NCBI GenBank assembly: GCA_965243205.1
Contig: CBDEUK010000001.1
Span: 256,001-320,000, forward strand
DNA length: 64,000 nucleotides
Direction: 5' to 3'
DNA from: Gammaproteobacteria bacterium
GTDB lineage: Bacteria; Pseudomonadota; Gammaproteobacteria; Eutrophobiales; Eutrophobiaceae
Shown piece after piece: positions 10,589 through 17,865 of this stretch (position 1 is its first letter; each line of letters begins with the position of its first letter). Made by a program: the position numbers and the translations under genes. The notes under the pieces were generated by a model. The model was not told the DNA's origin and did no database searches. It was given only the letters and a program-made list of their open reading frames with translations.

Positions 10589-10688
10589 ATAAAAATTTAC
10601 ACTCGTATCTAGGAGTTTGTTAAGAGTACTTAACAAAACACATAACCCTAATCTGTCTCTGAACAAGCAGAATCACATCAGAGTTACA
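10560..10688 (-). ncRNA. Putative sigma54-dependent small RNA, copy 1 (~130 nt)
   Basis: Bounded by a sigma54 promoter and an intrinsic terminator; three hairpins; CUCCU anti-SD; no credible ORF. Confidence 0.7.
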
Positions 10689-10698
10689 TTTCCTATAT

Positions 10699-10817
10699 TG
10701 CAGGCCGTGTGCCAGTTTTAAATAACTATTTAATATCAATAGGTTATGAGTTTTTTTATGTATTTTAGTCGTAAAAAATAAAATTTTTTCTTCAATTGTG
10801 TCCCCTATTAGAAACAC
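10699..10817 (-). promoter_or_regulatory. sigma54 promoter (10699-10714), IHF site (10734-10746), candidate activator site (10798-10817), copy 1
   Basis: TGGCACACGGCCTGCA; TATCAATAGGTTA fits WATCAANNNNTTR; imperfect palindrome GTGTCCCCTATTAGAAACAC. Confidence 0.8.
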
Positions 10818-10861
10818 TTTTAAGAAAAAAATAATAAATACTTAATTGATGGGCTTGGGGC

Positions 10862-10890
10862 AAAAAAAAACCGCTAGAAATCTAGCGGTT
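10862..10890 (-). terminator. Rho-independent terminator, copy 2
   Basis: Identical stem-loop plus T run. Confidence 0.85.
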
Positions 10891-10990
10891 ATAAAAATTT
10901 ACACTCGTATCTAGGAGTTTGTTAAGAGTACTTAACAAAACACATAACCCTAATTTGTCTCTGTGAAACAGAATCACACCAGAGCTATGC
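10862..10990 (-). ncRNA. Putative sigma54-dependent small RNA, copy 2 (~130 nt)
   Basis: Same architecture as copy 1; 3' two-thirds identical; 5' hairpin differs but still pairs. Confidence 0.7.
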
Positions 10991-10999
10991 TTCCTATAT

Positions 11000-11118
11000 T
11001 GCAGGCGGTGTGCCAGTTTTAAATAGTCATTTATTATCAATGACTTATGCGTTTTTTTATGTGTTTTAGTCGTAAAAAATAAATTTTTTTCTTCAATTGT
11101 GTCCCCTATTAGAAACAC
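11000..11118 (-). promoter_or_regulatory. sigma54 promoter (11000-11015), IHF site (11035-11047), candidate activator site (11099-11118), copy 2
   Basis: TGGCACACCGCCTGCA; TATCAATGACTTA; GTGTCCCCTATTAGAAACAC identical to copy 1. Confidence 0.8.
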
Positions 11119-11132
11119 TTTTTAAGAAAAAA

Positions 11133-12233
11133 TCAGACATATTGATCGACGAGACCATTATTGATAATCACTGGTTTAACAGATGTAGATTCTTCTTGGA
11201 AGGAATCTGATTCTGATGAAAATGATCTTGGCTCTTGTATAAATGTTGTTTGCTCTGAAAACTCTTTATTAGCTCGCTGATCGGAAACATTTACATCGCC
11301 TAAGTTGACTCCAGATTGGGACATCATATCGCGCAATTTTGGAAAGGCATCCTCAATGACCTCACGTACTTGAGAATGTTGTGAAATAAATTGGATATGT
11401 GTGCCTTCTGAATTCATATTCAAACGAATTTCGACAGGGCCTAGTTCAGCAGGGTTAATTTGGATCTTGGCAACCTGATTTTGTCCTTGCGCTAACATAA
11501 CAACTCGTGAATTAAATGCCTCTTGCCATTGAGGCTTACCCATAGCGGTATCGACTACTGCAGTAGCAATATATGGTTTAGCCACAGGTGATGTATTTGA
11601 TGGCTGTTGAGGATTTATAGTGGAAACTGAGCTATCCAACTTAAGTTGGCCATCACTTAGATTCAACTTAGTTAATAAATTACGATTATTAGGTAAAGCT
11701 ATCCAGTCAGATTCTTTTTGTTTAAATTTCTGACCTTCGAATAACTGGCTTAATTGTGATGAAAATTCTTTTAATGCAGACTTTTCAGATTGACTCGCTT
11801 CAATTTCCTTAAAGTCTAGTTCAGATAATTTCTTTGCTAGATTATTCAATTCAGTAAGATTGATTCCTTGCTTATCACCAGTGGCAATAAAATTTTCAAG
11901 ATGACCTTTGAGTTGATCCAACTTGGATTGATCCACACCTAACTGTTGAGTCAAATTGAGATTATTCAAAAAACCCAAGATTTGCTCGGCCAATTCAGGC
12001 GGCAATTCCATCCCCTGCAAATCCTGCAGCGGCAAATTCAGGTCTAACAATTCAATTGGTAATCCACCGGCCAAAGCCGCTAAATCAAAATCCAAACCTA
12101 TCTCGGAACCAGCCTGAAAATCTTTTAAATTCAATTGCTTAGAGCCAAAAGCAAATTGCGAGCCCTCGATACCAGAAGCCGTCTTCGGCATACTTGTTGT
12201 AAGTAATGGTGTTGAAATCAATGTTTTTTCCAT
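11133..12233 (-). CDS. fliK: Flagellar hook-length control protein FliK
   Basis: C-terminal AKIQINPAELGPVEIRL...IEDAFPKLRDMMSQSGVNLGDVNVS, GLVDQYV. Confidence 0.9.
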   Translation of the reverse strand: MEKTLISTPLLTTSMPKTASGIEGSQFAFGSKQLNLKDFQAGSEIGLDFDLAALAGGLPIELLDLNLPLQDLQGMELPPELAEQILGFLNNLNLTQQLGVDQSKLDQLKGHLENFIATGDKQGINLTELNNLAKKLSELDFKEIEASQSEKSALKEFSSQLSQLFEGQKFKQKESDWIALPNNRNLLTKLNLSDGQLKLDSSVSTINPQQPSNTSPVAKPYIATAVVDTAMGKPQWQEAFNSRVVMLAQGQNQVAKIQINPAELGPVEIRLNMNSEGTHIQFISQHSQVREVIEDAFPKLRDMMSQSGVNLGDVNVSDQRANKEFSEQTTFIQEPRSFSSESDSFQEESTSVKPVIINNGLVDQYV

Positions 12234-12260
12234 CCAATAAATTTGATTTATTAGGGAAAT

Positions 12261-12276
12261 TGCAATCGATATGCCA
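12261..12276 (-). promoter_or_regulatory. sigma54 promoter of fliK
   Basis: Minus strand TGGCATATCGATTGCA. Confidence 0.8.
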
Positions 12277-12364
12277 GCCTAAGAATAAAGCCTGACTGTT
12301 TGAGTCTTAATAAGTGCACGATATAATCCTTTCATAAACTACAACTCAATACAGGGACTGTTTT

Positions 12365-12835
12365 ATGGTCAAATTCTTAACATTTATCGTAGCTATTGCC
12401 GCTGGCTATTACATTTACGCTTACCACTCTCCGTTCCAAACCGAAGTCACCGATCCTTATTATTTAGCTGTGCGTATTAATGATCCTGATACAGGCGTTA
12501 AGTTTGTAGGTTTTGGAAAAATGAATTCTTTAGCTGATTGCGAAGCGAGAGGATTATTAGTTTGGAAAAAAACATTCAGTAGAGTTGGGACTATCAAACG
12601 AAAATCTGAATGCAAAAAAGAAATCTCTAAAAAATTTATGAAGCTATTTCAAAACAAACAAATGAATGCAACTTACATAGTATTTGATAAAGGGAATAAA
12701 CGAGAACGAGATGGGCGTTTTTTAGTGTACGGCGTTCCTTCCAGTCATGTAAAAAAATGGTGTGATAAATTTATAAAAAATACTAAAACCGACTACCAAG
12801 GCACAATAAGTTGTATTCAAGGGAAAGTGGGATAA
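12365..12835 (+). CDS. Hypothetical membrane-anchored protein, basic, with 4 Cys
   Basis: N-terminal TM/signal, RBS AGGGA; family not recognised. Confidence 0.75.
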   Translation: MVKFLTFIVAIAAGYYIYAYHSPFQTEVTDPYYLAVRINDPDTGVKFVGFGKMNSLADCEARGLLVWKKTFSRVGTIKRKSECKKEISKKFMKLFQNKQMNATYIVFDKGNKRERDGRFLVYGVPSSHVKKWCDKFIKNTKTDYQGTISCIQGKVG

Positions 12836-12972
12836 ATAATATTCTATCTTTAATTGAGGGGAAGAAAGCAAAATGAAAATAACTAATAATGACTATTTAA
12901 TCGAAGTGACATGTTATAACGCGTTACTTTTATGTCTAATTATAGTTAAATTTCACAAGGATTATAATACAA

Positions 12973-13419
12973 ATGAACGAAGTAAAAATATTAAAATACA
13001 TATTAAGATTTAGCTTAATATATTTAGTCGCAATTATACTAGTTGGAACCATATTAATCTTACTGAATATCGATAGTAATTCGGGCGCAAAAATAGGCGC
13101 CTTATTAGCCGCAGTAGTAATGACTATAGATAAATTTTTAAAAGACAATAAAAGGATTCCTAATAAACAAGAAAAATCTAAATTAGTCTGGGGTTCTTTA
13201 ATTGCATCTTTTATAGTTTCATCATTAGTTGTAGTGCCTTTATTAATTTTGTCAGGAGAATTCTCTAACATCATTAAACTAATATCTGGTGAAAGTTCCA
13301 AATATTTCCTTGCAGCGTTTATTTTTATCACTGTCATTTATTATCTACTTTTAACTTTTTTTTATGGTTCTTTCTCAAAATCGTTATATAAAAACATGAA
13401 AAAGAAAGGTGAAATTTAA
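12973..13419 (+). CDS. Small multi-TM membrane protein (ABZJ_00895-like), integron cassette ORF
   Basis: Four hydrophobic segments, FLKDNKRIPNKQEK motif; stop TAA overlaps the attC inverse core. Confidence 0.65.
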   Translation: MNEVKILKYILRFSLIYLVAIILVGTILILLNIDSNSGAKIGALLAAVVMTIDKFLKDNKRIPNKQEKSKLVWGSLIASFIVSSLVVVPLLILSGEFSNIIKLISGESSKYFLAAFIFITVIYYLLLTFFYGSFSKSLYKNMKKKGEI

Positions 13420-13471
13420 CAAGTCATTCCAGCCGACCGCTAAAAGCGGCGACTGAATTCAAACGTTAGGT
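13414..13471 (+). mobile_element. Integron attC recombination site (58 bp)
   Basis: R'' ATTTAAC, 5-nt spacer, L'' ATTCCAGC, central CCGC-TAAAA-GCGG, L' ACTGAAT, 6-nt spacer, R' GTTAGGT; extra C in L''. Confidence 0.85.
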
Positions 13472-13486
13472 TTCAAGTGAATTAAT

Positions 13487-13759
13487 ATGGGATTAGATTC
13501 AGTTGAATTAGTAATATCATTTGAACAACATTTTGGAATTGTCATTTCTGACGCTGATGCAGAAAAAATGTTAACTCCTGGTGTTGTTTATGAATATGTA
13601 TTAAAAGCATTAGAGAAAAAAAGAAATTCTATTACCCCAGAAATAGCAAAAGGAATTATTTGGAAACAAATTGTAGAAATCGTTGTGAATCAACTTGGAG
13701 TAAAACCAGAAGAAGTTAATTATGACTCTAGATTCGTACAAGATTTAAAAATGGATTAA
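13487..13759 (+). CDS. Acyl-carrier-protein-like protein, circularly permuted
   Basis: N-half matches AcpP residues after Ser36, C-half matches AcpP residues before Ser36. Confidence 0.75.
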   Translation: MGLDSVELVISFEQHFGIVISDADAEKMLTPGVVYEYVLKALEKKRNSITPEIAKGIIWKQIVEIVVNQLGVKPEEVNYDSRFVQDLKMD

Positions 13760-13780
13760 AATTAAAATAGGTTTAAACGT

Positions 13781-14197
13781 ATGAACCAAGAACTAATCTT
13801 ATTCCCAATAATTGCACTGGCAATACTTACCTTTGGTATAGGTATTTGGTTTGCGATTATACGAGTTCGAGCCGTAAAAAATGGCGACATAAACCCTGCT
13901 TATTATCAATTAAATAGAGGCTCTAAACTTCCTGAATATTATGCAAAGGTAAATAACAATTATAATAATCTTTTAGAAATACCAATTCTTTTTTATATCA
14001 TATCTATTTTAATCTATGTTACAAACAATACAGACTTGGTTTATGTAATCCTATCATGGCTTTTTGTGCTAACTAGGTATATTCATAGCTACATACATAC
14101 TACCTATAATAATGTTAGACATAGAAGAATCCCGTTTCTTATAGGAGTATTGGTTTTAATCATTGAATGGATTCGCTTTAGTATGCAATTACTGTGA
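13781..14197 (+). CDS. MAPEG family membrane protein
   Basis: NNYNNLLEIPILFY, WLFVLTRYIHSYIH, NNVRHR. Confidence 0.85.
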   Translation: MNQELILFPIIALAILTFGIGIWFAIIRVRAVKNGDINPAYYQLNRGSKLPEYYAKVNNNYNNLLEIPILFYIISILIYVTNNTDLVYVILSWLFVLTRYIHSYIHTTYNNVRHRRIPFLIGVLVLIIEWIRFSMQLL

Positions 14198-14258
14198 TTA
14201 AAGGAACTGTTTCATTTATTTATTCAGTTCATGAACTAAATCATCTACTTTCATAAAA

Positions 14259-14648
14259 ATGATTTACGAAGTTAAAAAAGGACAATTAAAAGACGGAAAT
14301 CGGTATCGTCGTTGGTTTACCTGTGATGTTTTCGATTTATTTCTATGGACTGATAAGAAAGGAGACATGGAAAAATTTCAAATATGTATAAAACCTCAAC
14401 ATTCTATATCTCCAGATATTGATATGGTGGAAGAAGTTATTACATGGGAAATAAATGAAGAGTTTAGTTTTGATAAAGTTACGCAAACTCAAAGATACAA
14501 AACACCAATTTTAGAAAAAAGCGAACCGTTTAATATAAATACATTAATAAAAACATTTTCAGAATTATCTAATAATATTGATACTGAAATTAAAAGTTTT
14601 ATCAATCAAAAACTTTATTTACTTAAAGACAAAACTAATACAGTATGA
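14259..14648 (+). CDS. Hypothetical protein
   Basis: RRWFTCDVFDLFLW...FQIC; overlaps next gene by ATGA. Confidence 0.7.
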   Translation: MIYEVKKGQLKDGNRYRRWFTCDVFDLFLWTDKKGDMEKFQICIKPQHSISPDIDMVEEVITWEINEEFSFDKVTQTQRYKTPILEKSEPFNINTLIKTFSELSNNIDTEIKSFINQKLYLLKDKTNTV

Positions 14649-15010
14649 CATATGATGAATACAATTCGTTTTGTCGTTCTCTTACAGCAACGACTTACGT
14701 TGTGCAATGGGGTGGCTCGCATGTATGGAAAGTAGGCGGAAAGGTATTTGCTATTGGAGGTTGGAGTAAATTAGATAAACCTGCGTTTACTTTTAAAACT
14801 TCAGATACAGATTTTTTTCATCTGCAAGATGAAGCTGGCTATAGACCAGCACCCTATATGGCTTCGCGAGGTATGAAATGGATACAATTATATGATAGCC
14901 GTAAAGACACTGACGATGATCTGAAATTTTATCTTAAAGAATCTCATCGCATTGTTTCTTTCGGTTTAAGCAAGAAAAAACGAAAAGAACTTGGGCTTTA
15001 TCAAGACTAA
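14645..15010 (+). CDS. MmcQ/YjbR family protein
   Basis: VQWGGSHVWKVGGKVFA, RPAPYMASRGMKW. Confidence 0.85.
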   Translation: MTYDEYNSFCRSLTATTYVVQWGGSHVWKVGGKVFAIGGWSKLDKPAFTFKTSDTDFFHLQDEAGYRPAPYMASRGMKWIQLYDSRKDTDDDLKFYLKESHRIVSFGLSKKKRKELGLYQD

Positions 15011-15027
15011 CTAACTGAAGTCATCTA

Positions 15028-15354
15028 ATGAAAAAACTGCATATCGCAATTTCAACTAACAAAATAGAAGAGTCTGTTAAAGATTACAGTAAAAGACTTG
15101 GGATTGAGCCATGTTCGTATATCGAGAATGAATATGCTTTATGGAGAACTGAATTTCTCAATTTATCTATTCGTCATGATTCGAATTGCCATTCTGGTGA
15201 ACTCAGACATTTAGGTTGGGAAGATTCATCTGCGACTGAATTCACTTCAGAAACTGATGTTAATGGTATTGTTTGGGAAAATTTCACTGCACAACAACAA
15301 GCAGATGAAATTAATGAATTATGGCCTAACGCGAACTATGAACCTGATATTTAA
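15028..15354 (+). CDS. VOC/glyoxalase-fold-like small protein
   Basis: KLHIAIST...SVKDYSKRLG, LRHLGWED, DVNGIVWE. Confidence 0.6.
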   Translation: MKKLHIAISTNKIEESVKDYSKRLGIEPCSYIENEYALWRTEFLNLSIRHDSNCHSGELRHLGWEDSSATEFTSETDVNGIVWENFTAQQQADEINELWPNANYEPDI

Positions 15355-15381
15355 ATTTAAATACAATATTACAACCAATAA

Positions 15382-15810
15382 TTAATTCGTTTTTAACTTA
15401 CACACCCTATCATCAATCTCTCTTTGTTCATGTTCATCCTGAATCTTCTGTTCTGTAATTTCTATTTTTTCAATAATCTTATCGTAAGCATCGTTTTTTT
15501 GTTTAGCTTGTAACCAATTAGTTTGGTCATGTGCTGCTTTAACCCGCAGTTGTTCAATTTGTTGTTTTAACATTTCAATCGCTTGATCAATTTGTTTTAT
15601 AAATTTCTGTTTATCTCTCAAGAGTTGAATTGATATTGTCGAAGAGGACATATTATTCGTATATTCATTACGATACTGTTGCATCTGCTCAAGCTTATCC
15701 TGATACTGTTTTAATTCATTATTACTACTTGCTAAAACAGTCGCAGCATTATCTTGCTTTTTTGAAGCAATTTTCAATAAAGGTTGTAATCTTTTTGTTC
15801 GTGGTGTCAT
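15382..15810 (-). CDS. fliJ: Flagellar export protein FliJ
   Basis: Coiled-coil, QYRNEY, EQREIDD; follows fliI. Confidence 0.88.
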   Translation of the reverse strand: MTPRTKRLQPLLKIASKKQDNAATVLASSNNELKQYQDKLEQMQQYRNEYTNNMSSSTISIQLLRDKQKFIKQIDQAIEMLKQQIEQLRVKAAHDQTNWLQAKQKNDAYDKIIEKIEITEQKIQDEHEQREIDDRVCKLKTN

Positions 15811-17219
15811 GACTCTTCACTTACCACTATATTGGTTTGAAGTTCTGATTTAATTAACGTATTTAAATCATTAAGCTGTTGTTTGCAGGTAGCAAAGTCA
15901 ACTTGTTCATTCATAGCTTGTTGTAAAAACGCCCAAAGATATGGATTCAGTTTAATTGCTAAATCTAATGTTTTATCGCTGCCACTTTGATAAGCTCCTA
16001 CACTAATAAGATCTTTATTTTGCTCATATTTAGATAATAATTTTTTAAAGTCATTCGCCATGTTCGCTTGCTCTTCGCTCACTACATGGTTCATCACTCG
16101 ACTGATCGATGCTTCAATATCTATCGCAGGATAGATACCTGATTCAGCAAGTTGTCTGGATAATACGATATGTCCATCTAAGATGGCTCTTGCGGCATCA
16201 GCAACAGGATCGTTTTGAATATCGCCTTCTGTCAATACAGTATAAAATGCAGTAATACTGCCACCGCCTTCGGCACCATTACCAGCTCGTTCTAATAATT
16301 GTGGTAAACGCGCGAATACAGAAGGTGGATAACCTCGAGTGGCAGGAGGCTCACCTATGGTTAATGCTATTTCACGTTGCGCTTGTGCATAACGTGTCAG
16401 AGAATCCATAAGTAATAAAACATTCTTTCCTTGATCACGAAAATATTCAGCAATGGTTGTGGCTTGTAAAGCACCATGTAAACGCATAAGTGGTGGATCA
16501 TCTGCTGGGGTAGCAATAATAACTGATCTTGCTCTGCCCTCTTCACCTAAATTATGTTCTATAAATTCCTTTACTTCACGACCACGTTCACCAATTAGTC
16601 CAACAACAATCACATCAGCATCAGTAAATCGTGTCATCATACCTAACAATACACTCTTACCCACGCCACTGGATGCAAACAAACCAATCCTTTGACCTTT
16701 ACCAACGGTTAAGAATGAATTAATTGAACGCACGCCAACATCCAATGGTTCTTTAATCGCAGCTCGTGCTAATGGATTTATCGCTTTGCCTTTTAATGGC
16801 ATAAAGGTTTTTGATTTAATTGGCCCTTTGTTATCTAAAGGTTCACCATTACCATTAATAATTCGTCCTAATAACTCATCGCCAACCATGACATTACCAC
16901 CACGACCTAGCGGGATTACTCTGGCGTTGGGTGATAAACCATGCGGTTCACCCGTTGGCATTAAATACAATCTATCACCTGCAAAGCCAACGACTTCTGC
17001 TTCAATTGAATTATGTTCATCATTAACAACTCGACATCGATCACCAATTGATGCCCGACAACCTTCCGCTTCTAGGGTTAAGCCGACCATGCGCGTTAAG
17101 CGTCCTTGAACTAATAATGGAGGTGGTGTTTGATGTTTTTCAATTAACGTGGATATTTGTTTTTGCCAACAATCATTAGCGGTAGCTACGACTTCAGGAA
17201 TCACTATCTCTATCTCCAC
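15807..17219 (-). CDS. fliI: Flagellar export ATPase FliI
   Basis: GQRIGLFASSGVGKS, GERGREV, DSLTRYAQAQREI. Confidence 0.97.
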   Translation of the reverse strand: MEIEIVIPEVVATANDCWQKQISTLIEKHQTPPPLLVQGRLTRMVGLTLEAEGCRASIGDRCRVVNDEHNSIEAEVVGFAGDRLYLMPTGEPHGLSPNARVIPLGRGGNVMVGDELLGRIINGNGEPLDNKGPIKSKTFMPLKGKAINPLARAAIKEPLDVGVRSINSFLTVGKGQRIGLFASSGVGKSVLLGMMTRFTDADVIVVGLIGERGREVKEFIEHNLGEEGRARSVIIATPADDPPLMRLHGALQATTIAEYFRDQGKNVLLLMDSLTRYAQAQREIALTIGEPPATRGYPPSVFARLPQLLERAGNGAEGGGSITAFYTVLTEGDIQNDPVADAARAILDGHIVLSRQLAESGIYPAIDIEASISRVMNHVVSEEQANMANDFKKLLSKYEQNKDLISVGAYQSGSDKTLDLAIKLNPYLWAFLQQAMNEQVDFATCKQQLNDLNTLIKSELQTNIVVSEES

Positions 17220-17853
17220 CTAACATTTTTGCTGCTATCGCTGACAAACGACTTTCGACACTAGCATCTATAAGCGACGCATTGGTTTCGACACGGCAAT
17301 CACCACGCATTAATAATATATCTTCTTCAATTTTCCAATTCAGTTCTTCTTCATTGATTGAAAATGCCTTTCTTACTAGTTCTGCGTCTTCTGGATGCAA
17401 GCAGAACCGAACATTCTCACTGGATGCAGGAACCGCTTTAATGGCTTCTCTAACCACAGCTACAATTTCACCTGGGTCGACTTTTAATTCTCTACGAATA
17501 ATTTGTCTGGCAAACAATAAACTTAAATTTACTATCTCATGTTCCATTTGTTCATTTAAATGATGTAATGGCTGATTGATTAAATTCAAATAGGTATCTA
17601 ATAGATTGAGTTTTTTCTGAAACTCTTCTTGTAATGTTTGTTGTGCCTCATTACGGCCTTGTTCAAAACCTTTTTTATAACCTTCTTCTTTTGCTTCTTC
17701 GTAAGCTTGTTTTTGCAACTCTTCTATATCTTGTATGGTAGGTGGTTTTTTATATATAGAATTTGGTGACGCGATAGAACCTTCAACCACAGGCGCTTGC
17801 CAATTTTTAAATTGACTTGCGTATTCTTCACTGAGTATTTTTTTTTGTTGCAT
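17194..17853 (-). CDS. fliH: Flagellar assembly protein FliH
   Basis: AYEEAKEEGYKKGFEQG repeats, LHPED, IDASVESR. Confidence 0.93.
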   Translation of the reverse strand: MQQKKILSEEYASQFKNWQAPVVEGSIASPNSIYKKPPTIQDIEELQKQAYEEAKEEGYKKGFEQGRNEAQQTLQEEFQKKLNLLDTYLNLINQPLHHLNEQMEHEIVNLSLLFARQIIRRELKVDPGEIVAVVREAIKAVPASSENVRFCLHPEDAELVRKAFSINEEELNWKIEEDILLMRGDCRVETNASLIDASVESRLSAIAAKMLGGDRDSDS

Positions 17854-17865
17854 TTGAAATCCGAA

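Larger units (their letters stand above)
10560..11132. repeat. Tandem direct duplication of a ~270-bp non-coding unit (10560-10831 and 10862-11132, period ~302 bp)
   Basis: Long identical stretches (e.g. CCGCTAGAAATCTAGCGGTTATAAAAATTTACACTCGTATCTAGGAGTTTGTTAAGAGTACTTAACAAAACACATAACCCTAAT) in both copies, scattered substitutions elsewhere. Confidence 0.97.

Noticed and set aside
10620-11118. Paralogous ORFs 10620-10817 (65 aa) and 10882-11118 (78 aa)
   Set aside because: No RBS, they run through promoter/IHF elements, and an indel changes frame between copies; conservation follows RNA structure rather than codons
10560-11132. Repeat as CRISPR array, IS/MITE, or Qrr/CsrB-type RNA
   Set aside because: Only two long copies, no spacers or cas genes, no terminal inverted repeats or target duplication, no GGA repeats and no Qrr core
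12928-12951. Possible dif/pdif site (TTATAGTTAAAT resembles the XerD arm TTATGTTAAAT)
   Set aside because: Extra base in the arm and no convincing XerC arm at 6-bp spacing; better explained as a cassette core site
12936-13337. 133-aa minus-strand ORF
   Set aside because: Antisense shadow of the cassette gene, which has an RBS and an attC-linked stop
14198-15030. Further attC sites after downstream small genes (inverted repeat near 14204-14237; GACTAAC at 15005)
   Set aside because: No paired RYYYAAC...GTTRRRY with L boxes; gaps too short
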